This document shows, piece by piece, positions 39,985 to 50,154 of a DNA stretch of 64,000 bases (position 1 is the first letter of the stretch; each line of letters starts with the position of its first letter). The DNA comes from a virus, in the IMG/VR virus record IMGVR_UViG_3300025646_000015, positions 1-64,000 of that record; one strand, 5' to 3'. The translations under genes were made by a program, and so were the position numbers. The notes beneath the pieces were generated by a model, which was not told the DNA's origin, searched no databases, and saw nothing but the letters and a program-made list of their open reading frames with translations.

Positions 39985-40356
39985 TTAAATCATTGATTTT
40001 AAAATATTAAATATAAAAGATGATGCTAGAAAAATTTCTTCTTTATCTGCTTGATTTATTATATCAAGATTACATAAGTTTTCTAAATTTTCTTCGAAAG
40101 CAAAATACTTAATGTTTTCTGAAGGGTTATAAATATAGAAGCAATGAATTCCATGCTCGCAATTTTCTAGCAATAAAAAATAATTAGATTTGGATTCTTT
40201 GATTTTAAATGATGTGATTTTATTATATATATCAAGACATTTTACTGAAATATCATCAATTTCTGATTTTACAAAATTGCCTTTTAAATGATTTTTGTAA
40301 ATTTCATTAAATACTGTCTTAAAATTTAAATTTTGTAAGATTTTAGTAATTTTCAT
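39985..40356 (-). CDS. hypothetical protein
   Basis: GTGTAA 9 nt upstream. Confidence 0.55.
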   Translation of the reverse strand: MKITKILQNLNFKTVFNEIYKNHLKGNFVKSEIDDISVKCLDIYNKITSFKIKESKSNYFLLLENCEHGIHCFYIYNPSENIKYFAFEENLENLCNLDIINQADKEEIFLASSFIFNILKSMI

Positions 40357-40370
40357 CAATATGATTTACA

Positions 40371-40850
40371 CTATATCATATTGTTTGATCCTATAATTTG
40401 ATACTTAATCCCGCTTTGAAATTGACCGAGTTTATTTCTTGCAGGGCAAAATTTTCCATTCTCATTTCTTTTCTCGAAACTAATGCGTAACCCTTTGTTC
40501 CAAGGAGTGTTGTTGGTTGAAAATCTTCCTTGACTGTCTCTGTTATCTGATTTATTTGGGGCAAACCAAGAATCTTTTGATATTTTATACAATTTATGTT
40601 TTGTGTTCGGATAACTTTTTTCCAATATCAACTCCCACTCTTTATCGCTTAAAACCCTTCCCTTATACTTATTTTTATTTAAATGATATATTCTTATATT
40701 GGATATGGATATTTTTTTTAAATCTTTTTTAATTTTTTTTAAAAAAACTTCTCCAGCATGATCTTTATTTGAAGCTTTAATAAAAGATTTCGCATGAAAA
40801 TCAAAAGCTGAATGTATAATATAATATATTATGTATATATTTGAGTTCAT
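40371..40850 (-). CDS. protein with NUMOD-like repeats, paralog of the 44402 N-terminus
   Basis: RDSQGRF/RNENGKF/RNKLGQF, TPWNKG. Confidence 0.6.
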   Translation of the reverse strand: MNSNIYIIYYIIHSAFDFHAKSFIKASNKDHAGEVFLKKIKKDLKKISISNIRIYHLNKNKYKGRVLSDKEWELILEKSYPNTKHKLYKISKDSWFAPNKSDNRDSQGRFSTNNTPWNKGLRISFEKRNENGKFCPARNKLGQFQSGIKYQIIGSNNMI

Positions 40851-41734
40851 TATAAATGTCGTCTTATTAGATATTTAGATAATGCATCCTTTAATGCTTC
40901 CTCTACTGTTCTAATCGGAATATATTTTTCGATTTTCGATGTATCAAGAGTGCAATTTGAGCGAGGAGCAACAACTTCTTGCATAAAATTATCTAAATTG
41001 CTGAAAAATTTAAATTCTTTATTTGGCTTTAAATGTTCTCGCATTAAATCAACTACTTCTTTAGTAGTAATACTACCTTTATTTGTTACATTGTAAATCC
41101 CAAATGGGACGTTTTGCTCGATTAAATCAATAGTATATTTTGCAAAATCAGCGCGATGAGAAAGAGAATTACGCGCATCTAATAATTTATCGTAAGTTAA
41201 TAATTTAGTTAAATAATTGCGTGGAGATTCGAATTCATCAAATGGTATGCGCAGTCTAAAAATATAACTATCTGGAGCATTTTGCTTGATAATTTTTTCT
41301 GCGAGAGCTTTGGTTCCACTATAAAAACTACCATTTTGAAAATCAAAATTAGAAACATCTTCTTCTGAAAATTGTTTTTCATATCCAGTATAAATACAGC
41401 CCGAAGAAATATGAGTATATAAATACCCTTTATTTGCACAAAGTTGAGAAAAAAACGCGGGTAAAACTACATTACCTTCAACTGCATCCGATTTGTTTAG
41501 CTCGCAAGCATCCACATTTGGTTTGCCAATATATCCCGCGCAATTAATGATGGAAACATTATAGTGTTTGACTGTTTTTTTGTATACAGTATTTGACAGC
41601 CAATTATCAAAAACTTTCATATTTGTATAGTCTACATCTGTGCGACTAAGGGCGATATAAGGTAAATCGCGAGACATTAATTCTTTTATTATAGCTTCTG
41701 CTATATAGCCATTTTTGCCTAATATTATATACAT
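40850..41734 (-). CDS. NDP-sugar epimerase/reductase (RmlD-like)
   Basis: ILGKNGYI, NCAGYIGKPNVDACE, SSGCIY, YSGTK, PRSNC. Confidence 0.9.
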   Translation of the reverse strand: MYIILGKNGYIAEAIIKELMSRDLPYIALSRTDVDYTNMKVFDNWLSNTVYKKTVKHYNVSIINCAGYIGKPNVDACELNKSDAVEGNVVLPAFFSQLCANKGYLYTHISSGCIYTGYEKQFSEEDVSNFDFQNGSFYSGTKALAEKIIKQNAPDSYIFRLRIPFDEFESPRNYLTKLLTYDKLLDARNSLSHRADFAKYTIDLIEQNVPFGIYNVTNKGSITTKEVVDLMREHLKPNKEFKFFSNLDNFMQEVVAPRSNCTLDTSKIEKYIPIRTVEEALKDALSKYLIRRHL

Positions 41735-41740
41735 AAAAAA

Positions 41741-42406
41741 TTAAAGATTATTGCGCACATGGTAAACACATTCTCCAAAACCCCCATTATCCAATATACA
41801 TTTATAAGAAAAAACTAATTCTAAAAATGACTCGTCAATGAACTTTATGTCATCAGAAGAAGTTTGAAAAATATTGATTGGTAATTTGAATTCCTGTTTA
41901 ATTGAATATAAAATATTATTTATAATATCTTGATTGACAGAATAGTTGTGATCTGTGTATGAGTATCTATTGTCTAATAAATCATTCGATCCGTAATGCA
42001 TTGCAGCAACTATGGTTATCGAGGAAGTTTGGCTGTCTAAAAAGTTGTCTATTGAATGCATCAACCTATCTCTATTGAAAATAAAACAATCTTGATGAAA
42101 CTCATTATCTGTAGCAATATCCCCACATCTAATATTAACACAAAGATTGTTTTTGGCAGGTTTATAAAATTTTTTTGAAATCGAAGCCAAAGACTCCCAA
42201 TTTATTTCTTCAGGACGATTGATATCAATTGTTTTTAAATATTTAAACAAAATAGAATCTTGATATTTGGGGTCAGATAAAATTATTTTTCGATCATTTT
42301 TCCATCGCATCCCTCGGGCATAAATTAAATCTCCAATTCGATAGTGCTTATTACATTTGAGTAATCTTATTTGTTCAAATAAATTTATTTTTTCAGAAAT
42401 TGTCAT
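41741..42406 (-). CDS. putative glycosyltransferase
   Basis: YRIGD, VNIRCGD, GGFG. Confidence 0.55.
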   Translation of the reverse strand: MTISEKINLFEQIRLLKCNKHYRIGDLIYARGMRWKNDRKIILSDPKYQDSILFKYLKTIDINRPEEINWESLASISKKFYKPAKNNLCVNIRCGDIATDNEFHQDCFIFNRDRLMHSIDNFLDSQTSSITIVAAMHYGSNDLLDNRYSYTDHNYSVNQDIINNILYSIKQEFKLPINIFQTSSDDIKFIDESFLELVFSYKCILDNGGFGECVYHVRNNL

Positions 42407-42409
42407 AAA

Positions 42410-43192
42410 TTAAATTGATGGGTTTTTTAATTTATTAAATATAATATATTTGTATATATCTGATCTTTTTGATTTTTTGCCAAAATCTTCAAGGAAATTA
42501 TTATTCATGTTATTAACTCCTCCATGAATGTGAAAAAGATTATATGACTTTTTTATTTTAGCAAAATTTATATTTTCAGATCTAAATTCAAAGGTGATAG
42601 GTATACGCGAAAACACTTTTAAATGATGACACAAAAATTCAATTAAAAACATGTCATTTAATTTTTTATCCTCCTTGTTTTGTAAGTTTATGTTATAAAA
42701 TTCAGAAAATTTCTTAGATGTAGATTCGAAATCTTTGCTATTAAAAAAATCTTCAAAAAAATCAAGGAGTGTTTCGGAAGATTGTTTTGTCATATAACCA
42801 CAAGATCCTGAGTTAGCCAAAATACATGCTTGGTTTTTAATTACAGAATCCGCCTTTTTAAAATTGAAAGATTGGTTGAATACATCGTAATCACACCATA
42901 AGCAATCCTCTTTGTTTTCTAGAACAAAATTGGTATAGGCATACCACCTTAAATAACAATGCATTAAATATCTAGGATAATTTGGAGAAAATTTGTAAAA
43001 AGGGCTATTGAAATCTTCAATTTTTATATTTTTCAATTTTGAATTGGAGATAGCGTCTTTTTTTGACAAAACGATTGGATTCCAACCTTTGGATTTCCAA
43101 TTTTTTTTCCATATATCAACAAGAACCAGACTGTCTTCAGACAATCTTAAATTATCTATAGGCTCATAATAACAAATAACAGTTCTTTTCAT
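42410..43192 (-). CDS. putative glycosyl/phosphotransferase (DxD)
   Basis: WKKNWKSKGWNPIVL, CYLRW, CDYD; paralog of 51731..52531. Confidence 0.55.
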   Translation of the reverse strand: MKRTVICYYEPIDNLRLSEDSLVLVDIWKKNWKSKGWNPIVLSKKDAISNSKLKNIKIEDFNSPFYKFSPNYPRYLMHCYLRWYAYTNFVLENKEDCLWCDYDVFNQSFNFKKADSVIKNQACILANSGSCGYMTKQSSETLLDFFEDFFNSKDFESTSKKFSEFYNINLQNKEDKKLNDMFLIEFLCHHLKVFSRIPITFEFRSENINFAKIKKSYNLFHIHGGVNNMNNNFLEDFGKKSKRSDIYKYIIFNKLKNPSI

Positions 43193-43197
43193 TTTAA

Positions 43198-43737
43198 TTA
43201 AAAATTGTACCCAAAATGATTAATTACATCTTTATTTTCTTCATGAACTATATCAATCATTTCAGAATTAAAAAAGGGCCGATAATCTGACGTTTTTCTA
43301 GTGCCGTGATGATCAAAATGAGGCATATTTACCTTTGGCAAATCAATATAATTTAATAATTCCTTATAACCTTCTTGCATTTCTTCTAGCTTTATATGAA
43401 AATCGAGCTTCTCCCAATCTTTATATTTAAGCCTAGGCTCATTATAAAAAAAATCTTCAAAATCTTTGTATGGTTTTTTGTGCTTTATGCAATGATAATA
43501 CCATGAAACCAACCTATCCCAGGGGTTTCGTAATACGGCAAATTTAAAATAATCATTAATGTTTAAATTCATAGAGGAGATTTCGTTTTCCATATCAGAA
43601 AAACTTCTGTGAAACCCAGGGTCTTCTGGTTTGTAGCCATGTTTTTTAAGAACCCCCCATTTGATGGCTAAACGCATAGAGGTGCCGCCACATTTTCCGT
43701 AATGTAAAAATAGTATTTTATATTTATGCCATATCAT
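43198..43737 (-). CDS. sulfotransferase family 2
   Basis: KCGGTS, RNPWDRLVSWY. Confidence 0.88.
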   Translation of the reverse strand: MIWHKYKILFLHYGKCGGTSMRLAIKWGVLKKHGYKPEDPGFHRSFSDMENEISSMNLNINDYFKFAVLRNPWDRLVSWYYHCIKHKKPYKDFEDFFYNEPRLKYKDWEKLDFHIKLEEMQEGYKELLNYIDLPKVNMPHFDHHGTRKTSDYRPFFNSEMIDIVHEENKDVINHFGYNF

Positions 43738-43740
43738 AGG

Positions 43741-44412
43741 TTATTTTGATCTAGATTTTTCCCTGCCTCCTCCAAATAAATAATTTATAGCTCTATTGCC
43801 TTTAGCCAAAAATTCTTTATCGCAATCTGCATTTATATCTATTTTGATATAAGATTTGATTCTATCATATATATCCATAATAGAATGAGAGATAGCTTGG
43901 TGAGTAACTCCTAACGCATTACCAAGCTCATCAAGAGTCTTACCTTGTAGGACAAATGGGAAAATATTTTTTTGGCGAGGAGTTAATATGTCACTATAAT
44001 CCAATAACCATTTAATGATATTATTGTATTTTTCTGAATGATTTAATTTTGCGAAACTAGGATCTTCGGCACCTATAGTTTGACACATGTAATCAAAAAT
44101 AGTTTTATCGCCCTCGTCACTTTTGACTAGAGAATCATCTTTTCTTTCGAGATATTTTTTATCTCCATAAGCGAAACCCCCACTAGCAGTCCATTTAATA
44201 AAATTTCGACAAGTCATATGGGTAAATTTTCTAAATTCTGTTTCATTGTCAAACACTTTGTCAAATAATTTGTTTATACAATAGTTGTTAATTTCAGAAA
44301 TAATTTCCTCTACAGTTAACTTATGGTGAGGTCTCCTGTGTTTACTTACGATTTTAATCATGTCGTCTTGATATTCAGACAACCATTTTATATTCTGATC
44401 TTTATTTTCCAT
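43741..44412 (-). CDS. divergent sigma70-like factor
   Basis: Region-4 HTH LTPRQ..GKTLDELGNALGVTHQAIS. Confidence 0.65.
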   Translation of the reverse strand: MENKDQNIKWLSEYQDDMIKIVSKHRRPHHKLTVEEIISEINNYCINKLFDKVFDNETEFRKFTHMTCRNFIKWTASGGFAYGDKKYLERKDDSLVKSDEGDKTIFDYMCQTIGAEDPSFAKLNHSEKYNNIIKWLLDYSDILTPRQKNIFPFVLQGKTLDELGNALGVTHQAISHSIMDIYDRIKSYIKIDINADCDKEFLAKGNRAINYLFGGGREKSRSK

Positions 44413-45289
44413 AATTAAGACATTTTTTAACAGTTTGGTAATTGCATTTTAATTTTTCGCGTATCATATGAAAAGTTGCTCCCTCTGACCTCATCTTTAC
44501 AGCTTGAGGCGCGAGTCTGGCTATGCGAGCTTCTGATTTTTTTTGCCAAGCACTCTTAATTCCAGCAATCCTTCTTTCATTGTTGGCTAAAGCATGAGCT
44601 ATGCTAGGTGGGGGTGGGGGGAATTCTTTTTGCCAATCAACTTCAACAAATTTTTCTTCCATCAATTTATACAAAGATCTAATTGGCATGCCCATTGATT
44701 TAGCTGCTCTAGTTCGATTATTGCCGTTGAGCGATAAATGTAGCTGAATTTTCTCTTTCATGCCTTCACGCTCTTCTTTGGGCCATTCTATCCATTTGCC
44801 TCGCCATAACATATAAGGTTTTTCTTCTTTTTTAGCTGTATGAATGGGTCGAATCTTGTTACCCTTTTGAAAACCCACTCCCTTCTTGGGTGGAGTGCCT
44901 TTGTTAAAGCGGTTATTATAACCTTTAGGTCTAGTTTTATTATATTTAAATAAATGGTTGGCGAAATTAGGGAAAGATGCATCTCTGATGCATTGCCAGT
45001 CTTTAATATTCAATCTCAAGTCATGCATGGCTGTATCATGAGTTAACATAAATATTTGTAATGCCTTGATTTTGTGAGAGGGGTTATCTTCTTTAACTTT
45101 TTTAGTTAAAATTTTTTTTGCTAAGTCAGCAGATCTAGCTTTAATAACAACACGAAAATCTAACTCATTACCCTCGGAGTCATGCTCGGTATAATCTATT
45201 TTCCAATACTGATCGAAAGAGAATTTCTTTTTTCTATATTTAAATTGAGAATTTTGTTTTTTAGGCATATCAATCTTCCAATGAGTCAT
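44402..45289 (-). CDS. DNA-binding protein with Fis-type HTH
   Basis: LSLNGNNRTRAAKSMGMPIRSLYKLM; second C-terminal HTH; start uncertain. Confidence 0.7.
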   Translation of the reverse strand: MTHWKIDMPKKQNSQFKYRKKKFSFDQYWKIDYTEHDSEGNELDFRVVIKARSADLAKKILTKKVKEDNPSHKIKALQIFMLTHDTAMHDLRLNIKDWQCIRDASFPNFANHLFKYNKTRPKGYNNRFNKGTPPKKGVGFQKGNKIRPIHTAKKEEKPYMLWRGKWIEWPKEEREGMKEKIQLHLSLNGNNRTRAAKSMGMPIRSLYKLMEEKFVEVDWQKEFPPPPPSIAHALANNERRIAGIKSAWQKKSEARIARLAPQAVKMRSEGATFHMIREKLKCNYQTVKKCLNYGK

Positions 45290-45500
45290 CGACCTTTTTT
45301 TTGAATTCGGGGTTGCTATCGTATATCCCCATTGATCTGCCAATGGCATGAGAGAATCGATCAATGAAAATCACAACACCTATTATAATATAAAAATATA
45401 TATTATATATACCTATTGAAAAATATAAGCAGGTTAATAAAACTATGTAAGGTAAATATTTATTCAATAAATATTCTATCATTGCTTGCATACTATTCAT
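45270..45500 (-). CDS. small membrane protein
   Basis: Hydrophobic stretch. Confidence 0.55.
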   Translation of the reverse strand: MNSMQAMIEYLLNKYLPYIVLLTCLYFSIGIYNIYFYIIIGVVIFIDRFSHAIGRSMGIYDSNPEFKKKVDDSLED

Positions 45501-46047
45501 TTTTAAATTCTCCATATACTTCATAATAATTAATTTTTGTTTTTGTTGATTTTAACAAATTTTGCCTAATCCTAAATAATGTAGCAGTTATAGATCCAAT
45601 AGGTTTATTTAGCGTTTTTGATATCTTCTTCATAGAGTAATTTTTTTTAAATCTTAAATTAGCTATTTCCTTCATGTGTTCTGGCAAATTTTGGTAAGAT
45701 ATATCCAAAGCTTCTTTTTCGTGCTTATGAGGCTCATAAGTGATAGATTCATCCATAATATCTTGAATCAATTCGCTATCAAAAAAAATTTTATTTCTTT
45801 TCTTTTTGGTGAGAAAGCCCATTACTTGATATCTAGCAATTTTAAATGCCCATGTTTTAAGTTCCGCTTTATTTGGATCAAATAAGTCTTGTTTTTCGCA
45901 AAGAATTAGGTTTGTTTCTTGTAATACATCTTTAGCATCTTCATAATTATGAATTATAGATAATATAAAAGAAAGTAATGAATTTTGAATTTTTGCAACC
46001 TCCAAATCAAAGAAAAAAGGTGGACCTTTATAAGTTTTGTCTTTCAC
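45493..46047 (-). CDS. ECF sigma factor (Rhodopirellula/Verrucomicrobium type)
   Basis: DAKDVLQETNL..FDP..TWAFKIARYQV; region 4 ..ATLFRIR. Confidence 0.9.
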   Translation of the reverse strand: MKDKTYKGPPFFFDLEVAKIQNSLLSFILSIIHNYEDAKDVLQETNLILCEKQDLFDPNKAELKTWAFKIARYQVMGFLTKKKRNKIFFDSELIQDIMDESITYEPHKHEKEALDISYQNLPEHMKEIANLRFKKNYSMKKISKTLNKPIGSITATLFRIRQNLLKSTKTKINYYEVYGEFKNE

Positions 46048-46421
46048 TCCACTTTCCTGAATAAGGATTAAATTTTTCTATATATATATTTTGAACAATA
46101 AGACCCTTTTTCTTTAACATCGATTCGTGCGAATCTAAAGCTTCTTTAGAGTTTTTTGCCATAAAGTAATGATAACTATCCATAACTGAATGATATGATC
46201 CTGCATTATATTTGATGCGATACTCAAAGAGTTTTTCAGCCAATTTTTTCTTCTTCTTCATCCATCCAATAAATGTCATCAAATAAAACGAATTTATATT
46301 CATCTTCTAATTCCAATTCAACCCCAACGGGCTGACCTGCAGAAACAACAATGTCATTTTCTTTATAAAAGAATTCTTCGTAGTCTGATGCAAAAACTAT
46401 TTGACAAGATTTTATATTCAT
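46028..46421 (-). other. two small hypothetical genes (46028-~46243, 46236-46421)
   Basis: ORF track. Confidence 0.55.
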
Positions 46422-46496
46422 ATTTTATATATTGTTTTATTATTATGAAATAATCTTAACCCAAAATTTACAAAATGTCAAGTATATTTAATATTA

Positions 46497-47543
46497 TTAC
46501 AATTGAGATATTATCGCAGAACACAACTTGGGTAGAAAAATTTCACCAATAACTTTTCTAATAAAATTAGGTTGATAATCATATCTGAAGCCCCCGTTTG
46601 AGCCTGAATGAGCAAAACGATCTAAGCAGTTCTCAGGAAGGCCGCATACACAAAGCAATTCCCTTATTGACAGAACTCTTGGGTCAGTTGGATGCACATT
46701 ATTTTGGCTGGATATTGAGCCATTTGTCATTGTTACAGTAGGTGCAGGTTTGTCCCAATACATTCGTTTGTATGTAGTCATAAATCCTTTTATTCTTCTA
46801 CCATCTTTTTGGGGATAATCAATCAAATTATTGAAAGCAGTATCACCCTCAGGTGTAGATGACATCCATTTGACATGATTAGGGTTATGATTAGGTGCAA
46901 AATGCCAAGGTATATCAGAATGCTCTCCATTATTTAAAGAAGGTAGGTGTCCTATCGCATCTCGAAGGGTGTAAGTCTGACGCATGGCTGAAGGATGTTC
47001 CCACTTCCCGTTTGGAGAAATTAAGCAAATAGAACGTTTTCTAGACTGAGGTGTGCCAAAATTTTTTGAGTCAAGCACTAGAAATTTAGCTTTCATGCCC
47101 TTGGGGATATTTAAATTTATGAATTCAGAAATTTTAACAACAGAGTTGTTATAATTTATAAATGTATCAGGCATTTGGGGGACATTTTCAATTAACATAT
47201 ATTTTGCCCCAATCGAATGAAATACATCTAAAGCATAAACTATAAGTTTATTTCTAATATCATCTGGTTTTTTTAAAGCATTTGCTCCACTCATGCCTTG
47301 ACAAGGGGGAGTAGCTATGACTAAATCGACTCCCTCGTCTTGACTTAATGATTTTTGAATTATTTGATTTCTTATTTCAATGGAAGATATATCACCATGA
47401 ATACAATCACATTCTGGATAAAATTTATTATATAATTCACACCTTGATTCAATCAGCTCATTTGCCAGTACTACATTGACTCCTAAATTTTTTAGATAAA
47501 ATTCTCCAAAACCAACATTTGAAAATAAAGATATTGCATTCAT
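46497..47543 (-). CDS. dcm: C5 DNA cytosine methyltransferase
   Basis: SLFS, TPPCQ, ENV, PQSRKR, RVLSIRE. Confidence 0.95.
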   Translation of the reverse strand: MNAISLFSNVGFGEFYLKNLGVNVVLANELIESRCELYNKFYPECDCIHGDISSIEIRNQIIQKSLSQDEGVDLVIATPPCQGMSGANALKKPDDIRNKLIVYALDVFHSIGAKYMLIENVPQMPDTFINYNNSVVKISEFINLNIPKGMKAKFLVLDSKNFGTPQSRKRSICLISPNGKWEHPSAMRQTYTLRDAIGHLPSLNNGEHSDIPWHFAPNHNPNHVKWMSSTPEGDTAFNNLIDYPQKDGRRIKGFMTTYKRMYWDKPAPTVTMTNGSISSQNNVHPTDPRVLSIRELLCVCGLPENCLDRFAHSGSNGGFRYDYQPNFIRKVIGEIFLPKLCSAIISQL

Positions 47544-47584
47544 GAAACGTATATTATATAGTATATATTATATGCATGCGATTA

Positions 47585-48601
47585 TCAAGATTTAAATTTA
47601 CGAATTAAATCACTAAGCTTATTGCAAATATCCCTAAATTCAGAAATTGATAAATTAATTTTATTTGCATTTAAGATTTTGCAAATTATTTCATCATTTA
47701 ATTTAGCATCGCAAAATAAACTTTTATTAATTGGAAAATTTAAATCAATCAATTCGGATTTATTAATGAAATTTTCTGAAGCTTCGTGTGTAAATAAAAG
47801 TTGCCAGGATGACCCTATGTTAGATTTTAAGAATCTACAACAATCCGATACTTTATCAAAATCTGATTTTAAGTTTTCAATTATTTGGTTGGGTGTAAAA
47901 TTAGGTTTTTTGTCCGAAAACACTGTGGTAAAAGTTTTTATTAAATAATTTTCTATAGATCTGCAATGCAAGTGAAGAAGAGCAGATTCTGTATAAGAAG
48001 GTGTTGTTAGTGGAACATTGCAAAAATGAACAGAATTATATTCATCTAAGCTAATATTCTTATATTTAATTCCATTAGACCAGACCGAAGAAGAGTCTTT
48101 GAAATAAAAAAAGTGAGAGCCTAAATTCCTAATACATATAGATCTCCTTATCATAGTTTTGATATGATTAGATCTAAAAAAATTTAAGCCAGAATTTAAA
48201 TCTAATTTTACATCCAAACAATCTGGATAATTTGATATATTATGAGCATTAATCCAATTAAAAAAGTAAACATCAGCTTGGTTTCGGTCTATAAAATCTT
48301 TAAGACTTGAATACTGTTTGTTTAAGAGCAAGAATTCATCACAGTCGATATTTAAAATAAAATCAGAATCAGAGTTAAATTTTTTTAAAAACCGCTCGAA
48401 GAAATCTTGCAATGCCTGATCTCCATTATTTCCAGAAATTGCATCTATTATATTGACGCAACTATTTTTCTTAAATTGATTTAATTCACTATTGCAAATA
48501 TTGATTATATATATTTCATCAACTCCTAAATTTAGGTAATGATCGATAAAATAATCAAGATACTGAGCTTCATGGAAGCATCTTGTCACCAAACGAATCA
48601 T
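47585..48601 (-). CDS. GT-A glycosyltransferase (GT2/GT92-like)
   Basis: EAQYLDYFIDHYLNLGVD, IDCDEFL. Confidence 0.85.
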   Translation of the reverse strand: MIRLVTRCFHEAQYLDYFIDHYLNLGVDEIYIINICNSELNQFKKNSCVNIIDAISGNNGDQALQDFFERFLKKFNSDSDFILNIDCDEFLLLNKQYSSLKDFIDRNQADVYFFNWINAHNISNYPDCLDVKLDLNSGLNFFRSNHIKTMIRRSICIRNLGSHFFYFKDSSSVWSNGIKYKNISLDEYNSVHFCNVPLTTPSYTESALLHLHCRSIENYLIKTFTTVFSDKKPNFTPNQIIENLKSDFDKVSDCCRFLKSNIGSSWQLLFTHEASENFINKSELIDLNFPINKSLFCDAKLNDEIICKILNANKINLSISEFRDICNKLSDLIRKFKS

Positions 48602-49239
48602 AATTTAAAAGATTTATTTACATATATATTATGAAATCCAGATCGAATACGGCTAAACTTTAGATCATTTAATAAAAATTCAAATTTATGATAATTACAA
48701 ATTTTTTCATTATCTTTTTCAAAAAAAACTAATCTTAGCTTTGACAAAAAATCAATCGCTCTTTTTTGTCTACAAAAAAAGTTTAAGCACCCCTCGCAGT
48801 CAGCGAAAAGTACAGTAAAATCAGTATCAACCAAAGATCTAACATGTTGTAGTGAATAAGGTTTTATTGTTAAATCAGGATTACTGGAAGAACCAATCGA
48901 AGTATATCCACCCGTAAATCCAAGTGGATGATCGGGCTGAGGAACGTGTAATAATTGTGGCAAATCATTAATAGAACCATGCACAATATTAAACTCAGAT
49001 TTATGAATGTCTTTATTTTTTGTTAAATCTAAAAATGCAGAATTATTGGGTTCAACAACAACATGATTTTTAGGGATCAATAATTTTTTATTAATTTCAA
49101 CTGCTGTTCGACCTATGCCACCCCCTAATTCAAGTACACAATCGTTTTGATGCACAAATTCTCTAGCAATTAAAACTTCTGGAAACTCATACTTGTTGTG
49201 AGTAAAATCTTTTAATTTATTGTTTATATAAAAATTCAT
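48598..49239 (-). CDS. FkbM-like methyltransferase
   Basis: VLELGGGIG, VEPN, DCEG. Confidence 0.85.
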   Translation of the reverse strand: MNFYINNKLKDFTHNKYEFPEVLIAREFVHQNDCVLELGGGIGRTAVEINKKLLIPKNHVVVEPNNSAFLDLTKNKDIHKSEFNIVHGSINDLPQLLHVPQPDHPLGFTGGYTSIGSSSNPDLTIKPYSLQHVRSLVDTDFTVLFADCEGCLNFFCRQKRAIDFLSKLRLVFFEKDNEKICNYHKFEFLLNDLKFSRIRSGFHNIYVNKSFKL

Positions 49240-49251
49240 GTATATAATATA

Positions 49252-50154
49252 TTATAACCTTAAACATTCTAAATTTTCAGGATCAAAAGAGAAATAATTA
49301 ATAGAATCGGCATTTCCCAAAAACCCCGCCCATGTTGAGAATGCTGATTTTCTTTTGCCAAAAGGAAAATGAGAGACCGATGTTATGTCGCGAGAATAAG
49401 ATAAACAATAGAAGTCAGACAGTGTGTCGGTTAATGATTCCTCTTGATTTATTAAACCTGTATGACATTTATTTTCATTAAATAAAATATGGGGAAATTT
49501 ATTTTTAATAAAATTTAAAAAAAATATATTGTCGCAAGAAACAAAGTCAGCTTCCTTAATTTTGCCCTCGAAATAATTTAATAAAAAATCAAAAACATAA
49601 TCATGTTTTAGCGAATTAGACCAATTTTCAAATGAAAAACTTGGGGGCATGTGATTACGGTAATAATTTAATAAAAAATTTGATGAAACTAAGGATTGAT
49701 CTCCCAATCTAAAATGCAGTGCCTTATGGATTTTAGGTTTTTTATTAAAAAGAGTGTCTTGTATAGAAAAATTTTCAAGAAATATTTGTTTTAAAAAATT
49801 AATTAACGGTTCGGGTGGAGAAAAAGAATCTAATTCCGAGTCACCATTGCTCATAACAAAAACACTATCATTTGAAGAATTTAATGTTAAGAATTTTTGG
49901 AGTTGATGATTATTTCCATCTATATAAGGAATGTGTTCTGGGAAATTGCCCTGATAAACAAGTTCTTCATTTATATTTATAAATGGCTCTAGAGAATGTC
50001 CGCTGGCACAAATAAAAAAATTAATATCGTTATATTTGCATATCATATATGCTTGACTAATGCCACGGATAATATCACCAAGACCAGAAAATGTAGGCTT
50101 GATTTGATTGTTGATAAGACAGTTGTGTCTAAGACAATAGATCAAATTATTCAT
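49252..50154 (-). CDS. fucosyltransferase-like protein
   Basis: GLGDIIRG, LHFRLGD, HTG, DFY, SAFS. Confidence 0.7.
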   Translation of the reverse strand: MNNLIYCLRHNCLINNQIKPTFSGLGDIIRGISQAYMICKYNDINFFICASGHSLEPFININEELVYQGNFPEHIPYIDGNNHQLQKFLTLNSSNDSVFVMSNGDSELDSFSPPEPLINFLKQIFLENFSIQDTLFNKKPKIHKALHFRLGDQSLVSSNFLLNYYRNHMPPSFSFENWSNSLKHDYVFDFLLNYFEGKIKEADFVSCDNIFFLNFIKNKFPHILFNENKCHTGLINQEESLTDTLSDFYCLSYSRDITSVSHFPFGKRKSAFSTWAGFLGNADSINYFSFDPENLECLRL

